64,000 bases of DNA from Cyanophora paradoxa CCMP329 (taxonomy: Eukaryota; Plantae; Glaucophyta): the NCBI GenBank assembly GCA_004431415.1, contig QPMI01000483.1, positions 124,001 through 188,000 of the forward strand, written 5' to 3'. Within the stretch, counting starts at the first letter, position 1. Each line of letters opens with the position of its first letter. Under the pieces are notes generated by a model. The model worked only from the letters and a program-made list of their open reading frames with translations, made no database searches and had not been told where the DNA came from. Positions 21,971-33,402 of this stretch are shown here, in pieces. A program made the translations under genes and the position numbers.

Positions 21971-24197
21971 CTAGCGGGATGTTGCGGGTACGGGATACTT
22001 CTTCTCGAGCTCCATAAGCTTCTTGACTGCAGCTTCAGTTTCAGCGAAGAAATACATGACATGCACAAGTTGGTGGCAGCTTACCGACATCTGACATGCT
22101 CGGCCGGTTGCGAGGGTCAGGAGCCCAGCACGACTGCAATGCCCACTTATACCGCATGACAGAAATCAGTGACAGAAATTGTGCACCTGTATCAAGCTCG
22201 AGAGCCCTGAATCAACATTATCGGGCATCTGAGGGCGGAAGCCCTCGATCACGGCATTCTTCAGAGTGTCATACGAAGTGCACCACTGGAGCAACCACAC
22301 ATTAAACACAGACAAATGATAATTTACTGAAACGCTATTTACCTCGATGAAGGGCAGATCGGAGCTGACCATCTCCCACATGCAAATCCCGAAGGCATAC
22401 ACGTCAGTTTTCTCGTCATATGCCTTACCCTTAAACACCTGGAAGTGACGACGTCAAATGACATTGTGCATCAGTATTTTTCACTGCTAATGAGATCAAA
22501 CGCACCTCCGGAGCCATGTAAACAGGTGTGCCGACCTGCTCCTGGAGCTGGGAAGCATCTGGCTTGACACAAGCCAGCCCGAAGTCGGCAACCTGAATAG
22601 GATGTCTCTACCACGAGCGAAAGAGCAGAGGCTAAGATGGAGCAAACCTTCGCATTACCGAACTCGTCCACAAGAATGTTCATGAGCTTCATGTCCCGAT
22701 GAACAATCTTGGGCTTGGACAGGTGCAGGTAGTTGAGGCCTTTGGCGACCTTCGAGACTGTAAACGGCTAGATGCCAGCAATGAACACATGATTGCTTGC
22801 CTGCGAGCAAGCCTTGATAACGGTTGGAGTGGGCAAACGCTTGGAGCCTCCATTGGGGTGCACAAGGTCATGCATGGAACCACCGTCCATGAACTCCGTC
22901 ACTGATGCAAGGTTGAAGTTCGGAGAAGAACAATGAAAATAAACTGAGCACACCAATTGCGAGATGGGGCTCGATTGTCGAGGCGCCCTGATTTCAACTC
23001 TCAGGACAGGGTCGAAGCAGGCAGGTTTCGAGAAGCGCACGAGATAAAGAAGAATGTTCGGATGCCTGTTCATTTAATTAGCACTGCGGCTCGCACGACA
23101 TCGACACAGCATACCTCAACTTGCCAAGAATGGCAATTTCGGCACGGAAATCTTGCAGGAGTGAGCCCTGCAGACTCTCGGATTTGAGCTTCTTGACTGC
23201 GACAGTAAATAAGAGGTGATCCGACAACACTAGGGGACAAACTCACTCGCAACCGCTGCGCATTTGTCATCAGTAAACAGTAGCTATACGGACATAAACT
23301 GACAGCAAAAACGAACTTGTGCCACGCCAGTTCCCACGGTAGACAATCCCGTATGACCCTTCACCGAGCTTGCTTCCCAGATGAAGCTCTTCGTTGGGAA
23401 TTTCCTGATTATCCGGTCAACTATCGGGGCAAAAGAAAGAGAAGAAGGTCCAAAGATAGTATTCAAAAAGGCGCGTATCGATGACGCCAAACGCACCCAC
23501 TCATACTGGGGCCTGCAAAAAAAGAATCACTCATCAGAGAAGACGGGAGAAGGTAAGCAGGAATTCCGGCCCAAAAGCCCGAAGCAACGAAAAAAACTAC
23601 CGCACTTTCCGGGGGATGTCGCGAGCTTCGTGACAAGCTTGTCCATGTTCCACTTGAGCGCGCTCACGCCCCTGGTATGGGTTACACACGCTCAGTCACG
23701 CGCGTGAGGGAAAAATTGCACCAGATGAACTCGTCGAACGTGATGCGGCCTAGGGACGTTAGCGAAGTCAGGCGCGTACGTGTGGTACTGCCTACCAGAT
23801 CGGTTGGCATCCATCTTGGAGTAAATGCGGTTGATCTGCTCATTTTTTTAGGCTCGAGCTTCTCGTCTGCGTGCGTGTCGCATTCCTCGCACCTCGGGGC
23901 CGCTGATGCGGGGGAACATCTGCTTCAGGACCTCTCCCAGCTCGAGGGGGTCAAGGTAACCCGAGTTGTCCGAGTCCGCCGCGTGGAAAGCCTTCATCGC
24001 GGCGATCTTCTCATCGTCGGAGAGCTCGGCAAACGGGACCTGAGCAGATCGCGCTCAGATCTCGACCTCGCTCACCGCGAAACGAGCGACTGAAACTACG
24101 GAAAAGCATGCACCGTGGCCTTCTTCGACTCGAAAAGGGACTTCTGCGTCTGGTCCCCGCACAGGTTCACGACGAGCCGGACGAACGGCGTGCACAT
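21971..24197 (-). CDS. Tyrosine-kinase-like (Raf/MLK-type) kinase with an N-terminal EF-hand pair, multi-exon
   Basis: EF loops DSDNSGYLDPLE and DANRSG|RITFDE; EIPNEELHLGSKLGEGHTG, RHPNILLYL, VTEFMDGGS, HRDMKLMNILV, DFG, GTPVYMAPE, DVYAFGICMWEM. Confidence 0.9.
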
Positions 24198-24435
24198 TGT
24201 TCCGTCTGGCTGAACTAGCTGCAAACCCGTACGAGCCCTGGACGAGTTAACAGCTGCAACGCAGACTCGGCTCGATCAAGGGGGTACACACAAATTTGTC
24301 CTTGCTAAATCGGTCAAATTTGTCTTCAAACGCACCAGGAAGCGAGCGAAAGCGAGCAGCTGCGCAGCGAGCGGCAAGGAGTCAACAGCGCAGCGGAAAC
24401 TCTCGGATTCAAGTCGGGGGCCGCCGCCGGCAGCA

Positions 24436-26092
24436 ATGGTGTGTGCGCCCGCTGGCGCATGTGTCTGGCGCATGTGCGAGGGCCGTAGCGAGCTAAGCGA
24501 GCTGTTCTCGAGCTATAGCTAAGAGTGCCACATCGCACAGGCCGAGGAGGATCGATATGCCTTCATCGTGGAATACTACGACGACATAGCACAGATGGTA
24601 ACCATGGCTGTCTCTCCTGTCGTCTTGAGGGCGCAGAAGCTGACTTTGCCTATCAGGTGCGGCGGTACCAACTGCTATACTACGCGGCGGACGCGACGCT
24701 GGAGATGGTTCGCTTTTTAACCCTGCAAGTCTTGCACGTGCGCCGCTCACGTCGAAGCAAACTTGCAGTACGATCTTAAGCAACGGCGCACCTTTTTGAA
24801 GCGCTGCGAGTATCCTTCCGTGCGCGCGTCGGACCTGCACCTGGGCTCCACCATCACAGTCTATTCTCGACAACTGAAGATTGTCGAGTACGGCGATGAG
24901 TTCACAAAGAAGAAGCTAGAAAACAGGCGGGAGAGGTTCGCGATGTGTAGGCAAGCCACCCTCTGGGGCTGACATCCCCTTCAGGACGTTGGCAATGATC
25001 AAGCCAGATGCGGTGCAGCATGCGGGAAAGATTTTGGACGCCATATTTGCTGCGGGCCTGAAGGTTGCGAACCTGAAGATGTTCCAACTCTCAATAGGCG
25101 ATGCCCAGGAATTCTACACAATCCACAGAGACAAGCCTTTCTATCAGTGCGCCTCCTTGACTGCGTAAGAAACAATATCGAAGTCCGTGACCTTATGCTT
25201 TCGTATCTGTTCAGGAACCTTGTGGGTTTCATGACGAGCGGCCCAGTTGTCGCAATTGAGATCGTTGGGTCCAATGTTGTCCAGAAGTGGCGCCAGATGA
25301 TTGGACCAACTTCGTCTTCCAAGGCTCGTGCAGAGGCGCCTCAGTCGCTTCGTGGGCAGCTCGGCTCAGATGACACTAAGAACGCCGTGCATGGGTCTGA
25401 CTCGGCAGAGAACGCTGAGAAGGTGTGCTGCTGCACTCTGTGAGAACTGAGAAGTGAACTTCTGAAATTTATGCGCAGGAATTGAACTTCTTCTTTGCTG
25501 GGCCACGAGTAAAGCGGACTACTGCCCGCTTTGAAAATTGCACGCTGGCGCTGATCAAACCACATTCCCTGACTGAAGGTCTGCAGGCCAATTTGCAGGG
25601 TTCCGTATCTCCAGGGATCTGGGATCTGACAACCTACTGCAGGGCTAGCTGGAAAGATTCTGGACGGCCTGTTCTCCAGTGGGCTCAAGGTCACTGCATT
25701 GGAACAGTTCCACTTGAACAAAGCAGATGCTGCCGAGTTCTTTGAGGTCTACAAGGGGGTTGTGCCAGAATTTTCAGTGCGCTCTTTGACTGGCAAAATG
25801 ATTGCTTGGGAAGACACTGATATTCCGACAGAACATTGTAGATGAGGCATGCACAGGCCCCCTCATCGCTGTGGAGCTTTGCGGTGGAGCAGCAGCAGGG
25901 GATGCAGTCAGGCAACTGCGTGGGGTCGTCGGCCCACGAGAGCCTGAGCTTGCGAAGGCGCTTCGGCCAGACACTCTGCGTGCGCGCTATGGGCGAGACA
26001 AGGTCCGAAATGCTATCCACTGCACGGATCTCCCCGAGGATGGAGTACTTGAAGTCGAGTACTTCTGGTCCGTCCTTCTTAGCGCAAAATGA
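24436..26092 (+). CDS. NME7: Nucleoside diphosphate kinase 7 (DM10 plus two NDK domains), multi-exon
   Basis: M|AEEDRYAFIVEYYD, YDLKQRRTFLKRC, TLAMIKPDA, NAVHGSDS, TLALIKPH, NAIHCTDLPEDGVLEVEYF. Confidence 0.95.
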
Positions 26093-26129
26093 ACTTGTGA
26101 ATGATGAACCATTGAGTGATGTTTGCTTG

Positions 26130-26545
26130 ACGCATTTGGACATGTACTTAAAAACGCAGGTCCGGGCTACAAGTGTGGGAATGTACACTGCGGCCGCCGC
26201 GGCCGCGGGCCCAGCCCTCCAGCGAACTGGCCGGCCGGGCCCTGCGTGGCCCCCTAAGGAGAGTAATGCGCCTCCCCACGGACACTCTAGCTGGCTATAG
26301 CTACATGTGCCCGCATGCACGGGGTGGTGCTGCATCGCGTCTTGTGGCGGGAGGGGTCGTCTCGGCGCGGTGGCGGGAGCCCCTACGGGCCCTGGGGGGC
26401 CCGACATGGAGTCAGCCTGCGCCGGGTCAGATCGTAATCGAAAGGTCTTGAGATCCAAACCAAAGCAAACGGGGGCGCGCGCACTCGATCGACGAGCCTC
26501 CCGCCCAGACGAGCGCCTGCGCGGGCGGAGGATGGTCAGCAACCA
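26130..26545 (-). repeat. Family A plus module Z, copy 5 (inverted)
   Basis: Reverse complement of 17552-18025 with small indels. Confidence 0.92.
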
Positions 26546-26905
26546 CACATTAAACACAGACACATGATAACTTAGTAATTTACTGAAACGACATTTACCT
26601 CGATGAAGGGCAGATCGGAGCTGACAAAGCGGTTTGCTTGATCATGACGTTTATATAATTAGCTGGCAGCACATCGATATCGATATCTGTGATCTACAGG
26701 CCAGTCCGACCGTAGGACAGGGCCCGGGGTCCTCCCGTACGCGTCAGGCCCTCGCAAGCTATGCTCTTCGAAAGTCTGTACACTCTCTCCAACTTGGCAA
26801 CTTGGCAAGATCTAGATGACTAGACTGAGATGACTAGAAACTCGAATTCGGAAGGCTAGACTGAGAGACTCTGAGACTTTTTTGTTGAACCATCGAACTG
26901 CGTGT

Positions 26906-27101
26906 GCTCTTTGTACGCTACGGGCGCGCCGGACATCCTACCTACAGCGCTTTAACTGATTACCCGTGCTGTTTGGGTGAGAGCGTAACCCGCAGGGACT
27001 GGTGCCCTGATGGAGAAAAGGGGATCAGAGCCTAGCGCTAGCTGGCTACGAGCCGAGCAGGCGCTTCGCGTCCACGCCGGTTCCGTAGCGGATGAAGATG
27101 C
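26906..27101. repeat. Dispersed repeat family B, copy 2
   Basis: Matches 9801-9994. Confidence 0.92.
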
Positions 27102-27251
27102 TCCTGCTATACCTTGCCACCCTGGTCCACGGGCGTGTCTTTTGCTTCATCTCTCTCTCTCCTGCGAGAACGATTACGATAACGATCAGCCAGTGCGATC
27201 TTCCGCTCTTCCTGCTCATCGACAGCAGCAGCTGAGCGCAGGCTGGAGCAC

Positions 27252-28870
27252 AGGGTCATAGGGCTGCCACAAAACAGTGCTACTTTCAACAGCATCAAAA
27301 TCCAGGTTTGAGACAGGGCAATAAATTGATCGTAATCTAACTAGTGTGGTTCGTCAAGCCATGAGCCGGACTGCCATGAGCTCCTGTCGCGCGACGAAGA
27401 ACTCCACGAGGCCCTCGACCACCAGCCCCGAGGTACACAGGCGGGGTCCGCCACTGTGCCGCCTGCGCTGCTCGTCAGGCGGGGCGCGCGGCGGGGCGCG
27501 GCGGGGCGGGAGGGGCCTGCCTGGGCCCTCGTGCGAAAGCTCTCCAGATAGCCATGAGCTCGTCAAGTCCAATCCACAACCTGCCAGAGAAATCTTGTCG
27601 AGACTGGCTTTGAGAAATGATTGCACAATTCACCTGTATCGCCTCCACTTCTTTTCTAGTTGGAAACGGGGTAGGGCCCCCGTTTCCTGTCACTTACAAA
27701 ATGACGAGTCTGCTCATCTCCCGATCCAGCTCCGAGCTCTTAACCCAGTGTTAGTGCATGCATGAGAGCCCCGAATTCGTTGTCAGAACCCGGAAAGAGC
27801 GAAATGCAGCGCGGAAAAAAGGACCGGACCCTTTCCTGGACTATCCCTTGCAGCACCTGATCCTGTGGTCGAATAGGGGCCGGACCAAGTGCATAAGAAA
27901 GCTCTTGCGATGCTCGGCAAAGCTTGTCATACATGTCAGTGCTCGGGAAGCAGCGCGTGGCGCGCTAGGCCGCATCAAGTACCTGTTGTACCAAATGCGG
28001 AAAAAAAGAGCTCCTGCGAGTTTGAGTTTATCGAGTCTCGAGCAGGGGGGAGTGCATGCCGATTGCTGGGTACACTCGCGCAATTTAGCCGGCAGGCTAG
28101 CCGACAGGCTCGCTTTCTGGCCAGCGTATACGTAGCTAGCTATAGCTGAGCTCCGGCCCGGCGGCTAGCGGCTTGCTGGACTTCGCGCGCGTGCATGCAC
28201 GTACGTACGCGTGGCGTCCGACGGTCGCCAGCGCGCTGAGTGCTAGCGCTAGCCTGCACTGCGGCGCGGCATGCGCAGCTGCGCCGGCGCATGCATATGC
28301 AGTGCAGGGCGCATGCGCAGTGCAGGCGCGGCGCCTGCACGCAGTGCAGTGCAGTGCAGTACTAGCTATAGTACTAGTGCCGCAGTGCGCGGCAGTACCG
28401 CCGGGCCGGCGCGCGCCCGGGCGCGCCCCGGGCCCTCGAGCTCAGCGGCTCGAGCTCGAGCTCGCTTTCCTACCGCCGGGCCGTAGTACTATAGCTATAG
28501 CTAGCTATATAGCTATAGCTAGCTATAGCCTATAGCTATAGGCTACCCCGTTTCCAACCGGCGGCCGCGGCCCAGTCAGAGCCCGAGCGCTAGCAGATCT
28601 AGAGGCCGCCGCGTGCTACTACTTGGCGGACGTTCAGGGGCTCGCTCGGCACAAGCAAAAGATTTAGCTGAGTGAGAGTGGACATCAACCTCCGCTCCTG
28701 TAGCGGGCGAAGATCTCAGAAAAGAAAAGAAGAAATTAGCTCAAAAAGCACACCAGATCGAAAAGGAAGGGGCTGCCGGTGATAAGGACGACTCGAGCAC
28801 CTGCACTAGGCGCATTGGAGCTAGGAGCCAGCGCGGCTTCGCTCTCCTCTGCCCCTGGCCGCGAATGCGG
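27252..28870 (-). pseudogene. Fragmented duplicate of the gene at 20496-21603, interrupted by insertions
   Basis: 27252-27348 = 20394-20490; 27536-27660 = 20965-21089; 28621-28870 = 21090-21340; almost no substitutions. Confidence 0.9.
27659..28620. mobile_element. ~960-bp insertion with 16-bp inverted repeats (MITE-like)
   Basis: GTTGGAAACGGGGTAG at 27659-27674 and CTACCCCGTTTCCAAC at 28543-28558; the empty site is visible at 21089/21090. Confidence 0.65.
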
Positions 28871-29077
28871 TACCTCATTTACAGCGAGGAAGTCGGCGCG
28901 TCCGGCACCCACCACCTCCAGGGATACGCAGGCGTGTGATCAAATTTCATGACTTCACCCCCCTCGTTTGGCCCGGCCGGCTCTGACCAACTTGGCAACT
29001 TCGCAAGACCGAAGCTGTAGCGCACTGCAGCTAAGCCTTGGAGTGCTGGCGGCCGCGGGAAGCGTCGGCAGGGCGCT

Positions 29078-32000
29078 ATGTCGGACGATGGCTCAGACGA
29101 CGAGCTGATCGGCACGCCCTTCCAAGAAGAGCCTACAGACCGGGACGCGCTCTCAAATCGCCAGCGACAGAAGCTCGATGAGGCCAATCTCAAAGTGCGG
29201 ACCGCGCTGCTGCAGCCATGCGATGCGCGCTCAAGCCCGTGTTGCAGTTCAGGCCCGTGTGGCAGCAGACGGTCACAGATGAGGAGGGGCGTCGAAGATT
29301 CCATGTGCGAACCGGCGCACAGTGCGCGCTGATCGCGCCTGACTTCTCTTGCAGGGCGCTTTTACTGGAGGCTTCTCGGCCGGTGCGAATCGCGCGCGCG
29401 GCACCCCGGACCGTGCTTACGCAGCCAACAGGTTATTACAACACAGTCGGCACTAAGGAGGGTCCGTCGTACGCTTGCAGCGCCATGCGCGTCTCACAGG
29501 TTTGGCGCAGGATGGGCACCGTCCACCTTTGTCTCTTCTCGGGCGAAGAAGACAGAGAGGAAAGAATCGCGGCCCGAGGACTTCATGGATGACGAAGATC
29601 GAGCTGTGCGCAAGCTTGCAGCAGGTCTGCCGCCTGATCATCTGACGATTGCTGCAGGCTCTCGGTCTCGGGCCTTCGCTGCGGACGAAGGAAGATTATG
29701 ACATCCTAAGTAGGGGCGCCAGTAGCGCTGAGACGAGGAAACCATCTCCAGACGAAGCCACATCGTGCGCATCTTTTTTGTTATGATTGTCGCCCTAATC
29801 ATGTCGCAGAACTGGATCTTCTGCTGTTCCACGCTTTGTTCCGGACAGCCTGATCATCCCTGCTCGAGATTCGATAGGTCTTGCACCTGAGATTTCAGTG
29901 AATATGAATTTAGTCACCAGCTCATCCTTTCTGGCAGGTACCAAACTTCTGCGAGCAATGGGATGGCGAGAAGGCCAAGGAATCGGCCCCAAGCGTGCAA
30001 AGAAGAGACAGAAAACGACGAAGGAACGTGCCGGAGAGTACAATTCAGACAAAGGTGCTCGGAAGCCTTCGAGCCATTCCGTGTTCAGCCATGTAAACGG
30101 CATACACAGCACTCATCGACACGCTTCGCAACCAAAGTTCAACTCTCAACGAGGGGGAGGTGGTCGCTGTCGATCTGGATGATGTCGTCGACTCCGAAGA
30201 AGGGTCTCAGCTTGTGGCGCCCACAGATGTTTCTGTACGCCTGTGTATACTCTCACTGAAGTGTTACTCTCGAGTAATCGGACTTCTGCAGTCGTATGAG
30301 GCTAAGCCTAAGACCGATTTCTATGGCCTCGGCTTCGACCCGTTAGCCTCTGTTCCCGAGCTCAGTAAATGTAAGAAATAATTCCGGTCCTCAATTTCAG
30401 ATTTCTCTGACTGTGTGGGCAGTGCGAGAATTGAAACAAGCTGCCAGCGCGAAAGAGAAGGACAAATCATCAAGGATCAGTTTCTCTGGAGCCCAGCAAG
30501 GTGCTCCCGATCATTTGATTGACTGCTTGTTCTGACAATGCGATCAGGTGGATATGCGAATATTGGGCTTGGAGCTTTCGAGACTGCCGATGATTACGAG
30601 GTGTATGGGGGAGACGACAGTGCGCATTTTTGAATCGCAGCTGCTTGCTGCACAGAAGTTGATAACTTGAATGCAGTGGCGAACTATGATATTGACCTGG
30701 GCCCTCGCAAGGCAGCTGAGAAGCGCCTTGCATTACCGGCTGCGTCAACTTCCAACAAAGAAAGCAGTTTCGTTAACAGCCGATGTATGGATGGTTCTGT
30801 TCCTCTGAAGGGCTATGTTCTTGTCTCCGAGCAACAGGAGAGTACAAAGTGGTGAGCTGCTGACCCATACTGCCCACCGAATCCCATCACTCTCTGCCGA
30901 CCTTAGACGCCTTGCAGGTGGCCTCCGCCCCAGGTCCCTACCTCATTCACGGGAAAGCACATCTTCACAGCGCCGCCGCTGCCAGTGATCAAGCGACCAG
31001 AATCTGGGAAGCCCACAGTCGTGCTGAACATGAGCTCCGACCTCCGGGGACGGATCCTGGGCGAGCTACCGTTGCCATCAAGTACGCTCGCTTCTTCATG
31101 TGGTTTTGTTGGAGTCCTCAACCGGGTTTTGCAGAGGAGTCCCTGATCTCGGATGCCGGCATGGGCCTCGACAGCACTCAGATGGAGAATTTGCGCAAGG
31201 CTCTCGCAACAGCATCCACGCGCCTGCAAGGGAACGCTGGCAAGCGTGACTTTTTTGCGCTCCGGGATCGTGTTTTTGGCTCTGATAGCACGTACAGCCC
31301 TCAAGCCTTTCAGGGACGACGAAGAGAAGCAGGCGAGGTACGACAAATTCCTTCAAGAAATTGCGGACGGGAAGCAGCCGTACGTCATGGGGGCGAAGGT
31401 GCATGCATAGCCTCTCGAGTGCGCAGCCGGCAACTTAGTGCGAGCAGGGCATGACGGAGTTCGAGCGGCAGCGGGAGCAGGAAGACTTCGTCAAGGCCGC
31501 CCTTTTCTTCAGCCGCCCAATGGCAGACATCATGGCATCCAGATTTACCAGGTGACGTCTTTGCCTTCATTTTGCGACTCCTCTTTCTCACCTCGGACCA
31601 GCTCGGGGGAGACGCTGTCTGCATCGGGCAAGGTCGAGGTACTGGCGGTGAGTCCCCCCCACTGCGCAGCCACGGCGCTCCCAGCTGAATTCCCTTTCCA
31701 GACACCCCAGTCGACAGCACCGAAAGCGGCGATCAGCATCGGGCAGCGCAACCGGACGGAGGAAGACTGGCACCCCGACCGTCTCCTTTGCAAGAGATTC
31801 AATCTGAGGGACCCGTGGGAGGGGCGCGCGGGGCCCGCCGCCCCCAAGCCCAAGGCCACCGTGTACGACGTGGTGCCAGAGCTGCCGTTTGCGGGCGCGA
31901 GGGGCCCCGAGGGAGGGGGCGGTGGGGCAGCCCCCGAAGGTGCGCGACCGCCCCCCACGCACCTTGCCCCGCCCGCGAGCGACGCGCAGAGCGGCGTAAG

Positions 32001-33332
32001 AAGGACCCGAAGAACCGGAGCGACTCGGACGACGAGGACGACATCGGTCTCGGCATGGACAGCGCGGTGGTGCTCGAGGCGAGGTGAGCCCCGTCCTCGC
32101 CGGCAGCTCTCTCCGGGCGGCAGCGGTCCCACGTCAGCCGGCAGGCCCGAGATCGACGTCTTCGAAGCCATCTTCAACTTCGACGCGCAAGAGGAGCCCC
32201 CCGGAGATGCAGCCCCGGAGGCGCCAGCAGGGGCGAGCGAGGAAGCAGAGGCGAAGGCTCAGCACGGCTCGGCCGTGGACGCACCGCCCGAGCAACCGCA
32301 GCCTCCCCCCCAGGAGGCTGCCGAGCCGAGCCAGCAGCAGCCGCCCGAGCGGCCGCCGGAGCCGGGCCGCATCCTCTTCGTCCCGCGCTCGGGGCGCGCG
32401 AGGGCACAGGCGGGCAGTAAGAGTGAGCCGCTGGAGGCCAGCGGCGCCTCTGCCGCGCAGCCAGCGAGCGTGGCCGAAGCGAAGTCGTCGGCAGCATTAC
32501 ATCAAGCCTCCGAAGGATGCGGGCCGGTCCGCCCAGAAGCCGCGGAGTCTGCGTCTTCGTCGAGGGGCGAAGCAGCGGCTGCGGCAACGGCAGACCGGGC
32601 GGCCGGGAAGTCGGGCGACGAGGCGGCGGAGAGGCTGAAGCCGCAGGCTCGGGCCCGCAGCCCGGAGAAGGCGTCTGTGCCAGCACCACGGGCGTCCACA
32701 TCAGCGCCATCCGCCCCCACTTCGGACAGCCCCGCCGCACCGGCAGGGGCGTCGGAGCGGGCAGCGGCGAAAGTGAGCGCGCCCGCGGCGGAGGGCCCCG
32801 CGGAGGAGATCCAGAGGCGGAAGGCCGGCAAGCAGGGCGAGCCCGGGGAGAAGGACGCGGAAAAGCATATGCGGAGGCTCAAGGAGAAGGAGAAGGAGGA
32901 GAAGGAGAAGGGGAAAGAAAAGCGGAAGAAGCGCCGCTCGCGGTCCCGGTCCCGCTCGCGGTCTCGCGAGAGAAAGCGAGACAAGAAGGAGAAGAAGGTC
33001 GGCGCCCGAGCGCCGCCCTCGCTTCGCGGCCGGAGACCGATGCCCCCCTGCAGAAGCACAAGAAGAAGAGCAAGAAGAAGAAGAGGCGGGGCGGGTCGGG
33101 CTCGAGCTCGAGCTCGAGCGGCTCGGGCTCGGAGGACGAGGAGTTCCTCAAGCGCAAGCTCTACGAGAAGCTTGGCGTCCTCCTCCCCGGCGCCGGAGCG
33201 GCGGCGGCGGCGGCGGCCCCTGCGCGCGCTGCCGCCCCCCCTGCGCGCCCGCCGCCGCCCGCGAGCTCGAGCGAGCGCGGGCCGCCGCCCTCTGGGCAGC
33301 AGCACAGGGCCCGCGCCTCAGACTTCATGTGA
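29078..33332 (+). CDS. GPATCH1: G-patch domain-containing protein 1 (TOUGH-like), multi-exon
   Basis: VTDEEGRRRFH|GAFTGGFSA|GYYNTVGTKE|GW, RPEDFMDDED, G-patch KLLRAMGWREGQGIG, WHPDRLLCKRFN, K/RS-rich tail ending RASDFM*. Confidence 0.92.
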
Positions 33333-33402
33333 CGAGCATCGATTCTCTCAATATTCGGCGAAATCGCCGCGAAAAGAAGGGTAGCTAGCAGTGGGGTCGC
33401 GC

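Noticed and set aside
27758-28135. Transposase ORF inside the IR insertion
   Set aside because: Short, with no DDE, HUH or RT motif recognised.
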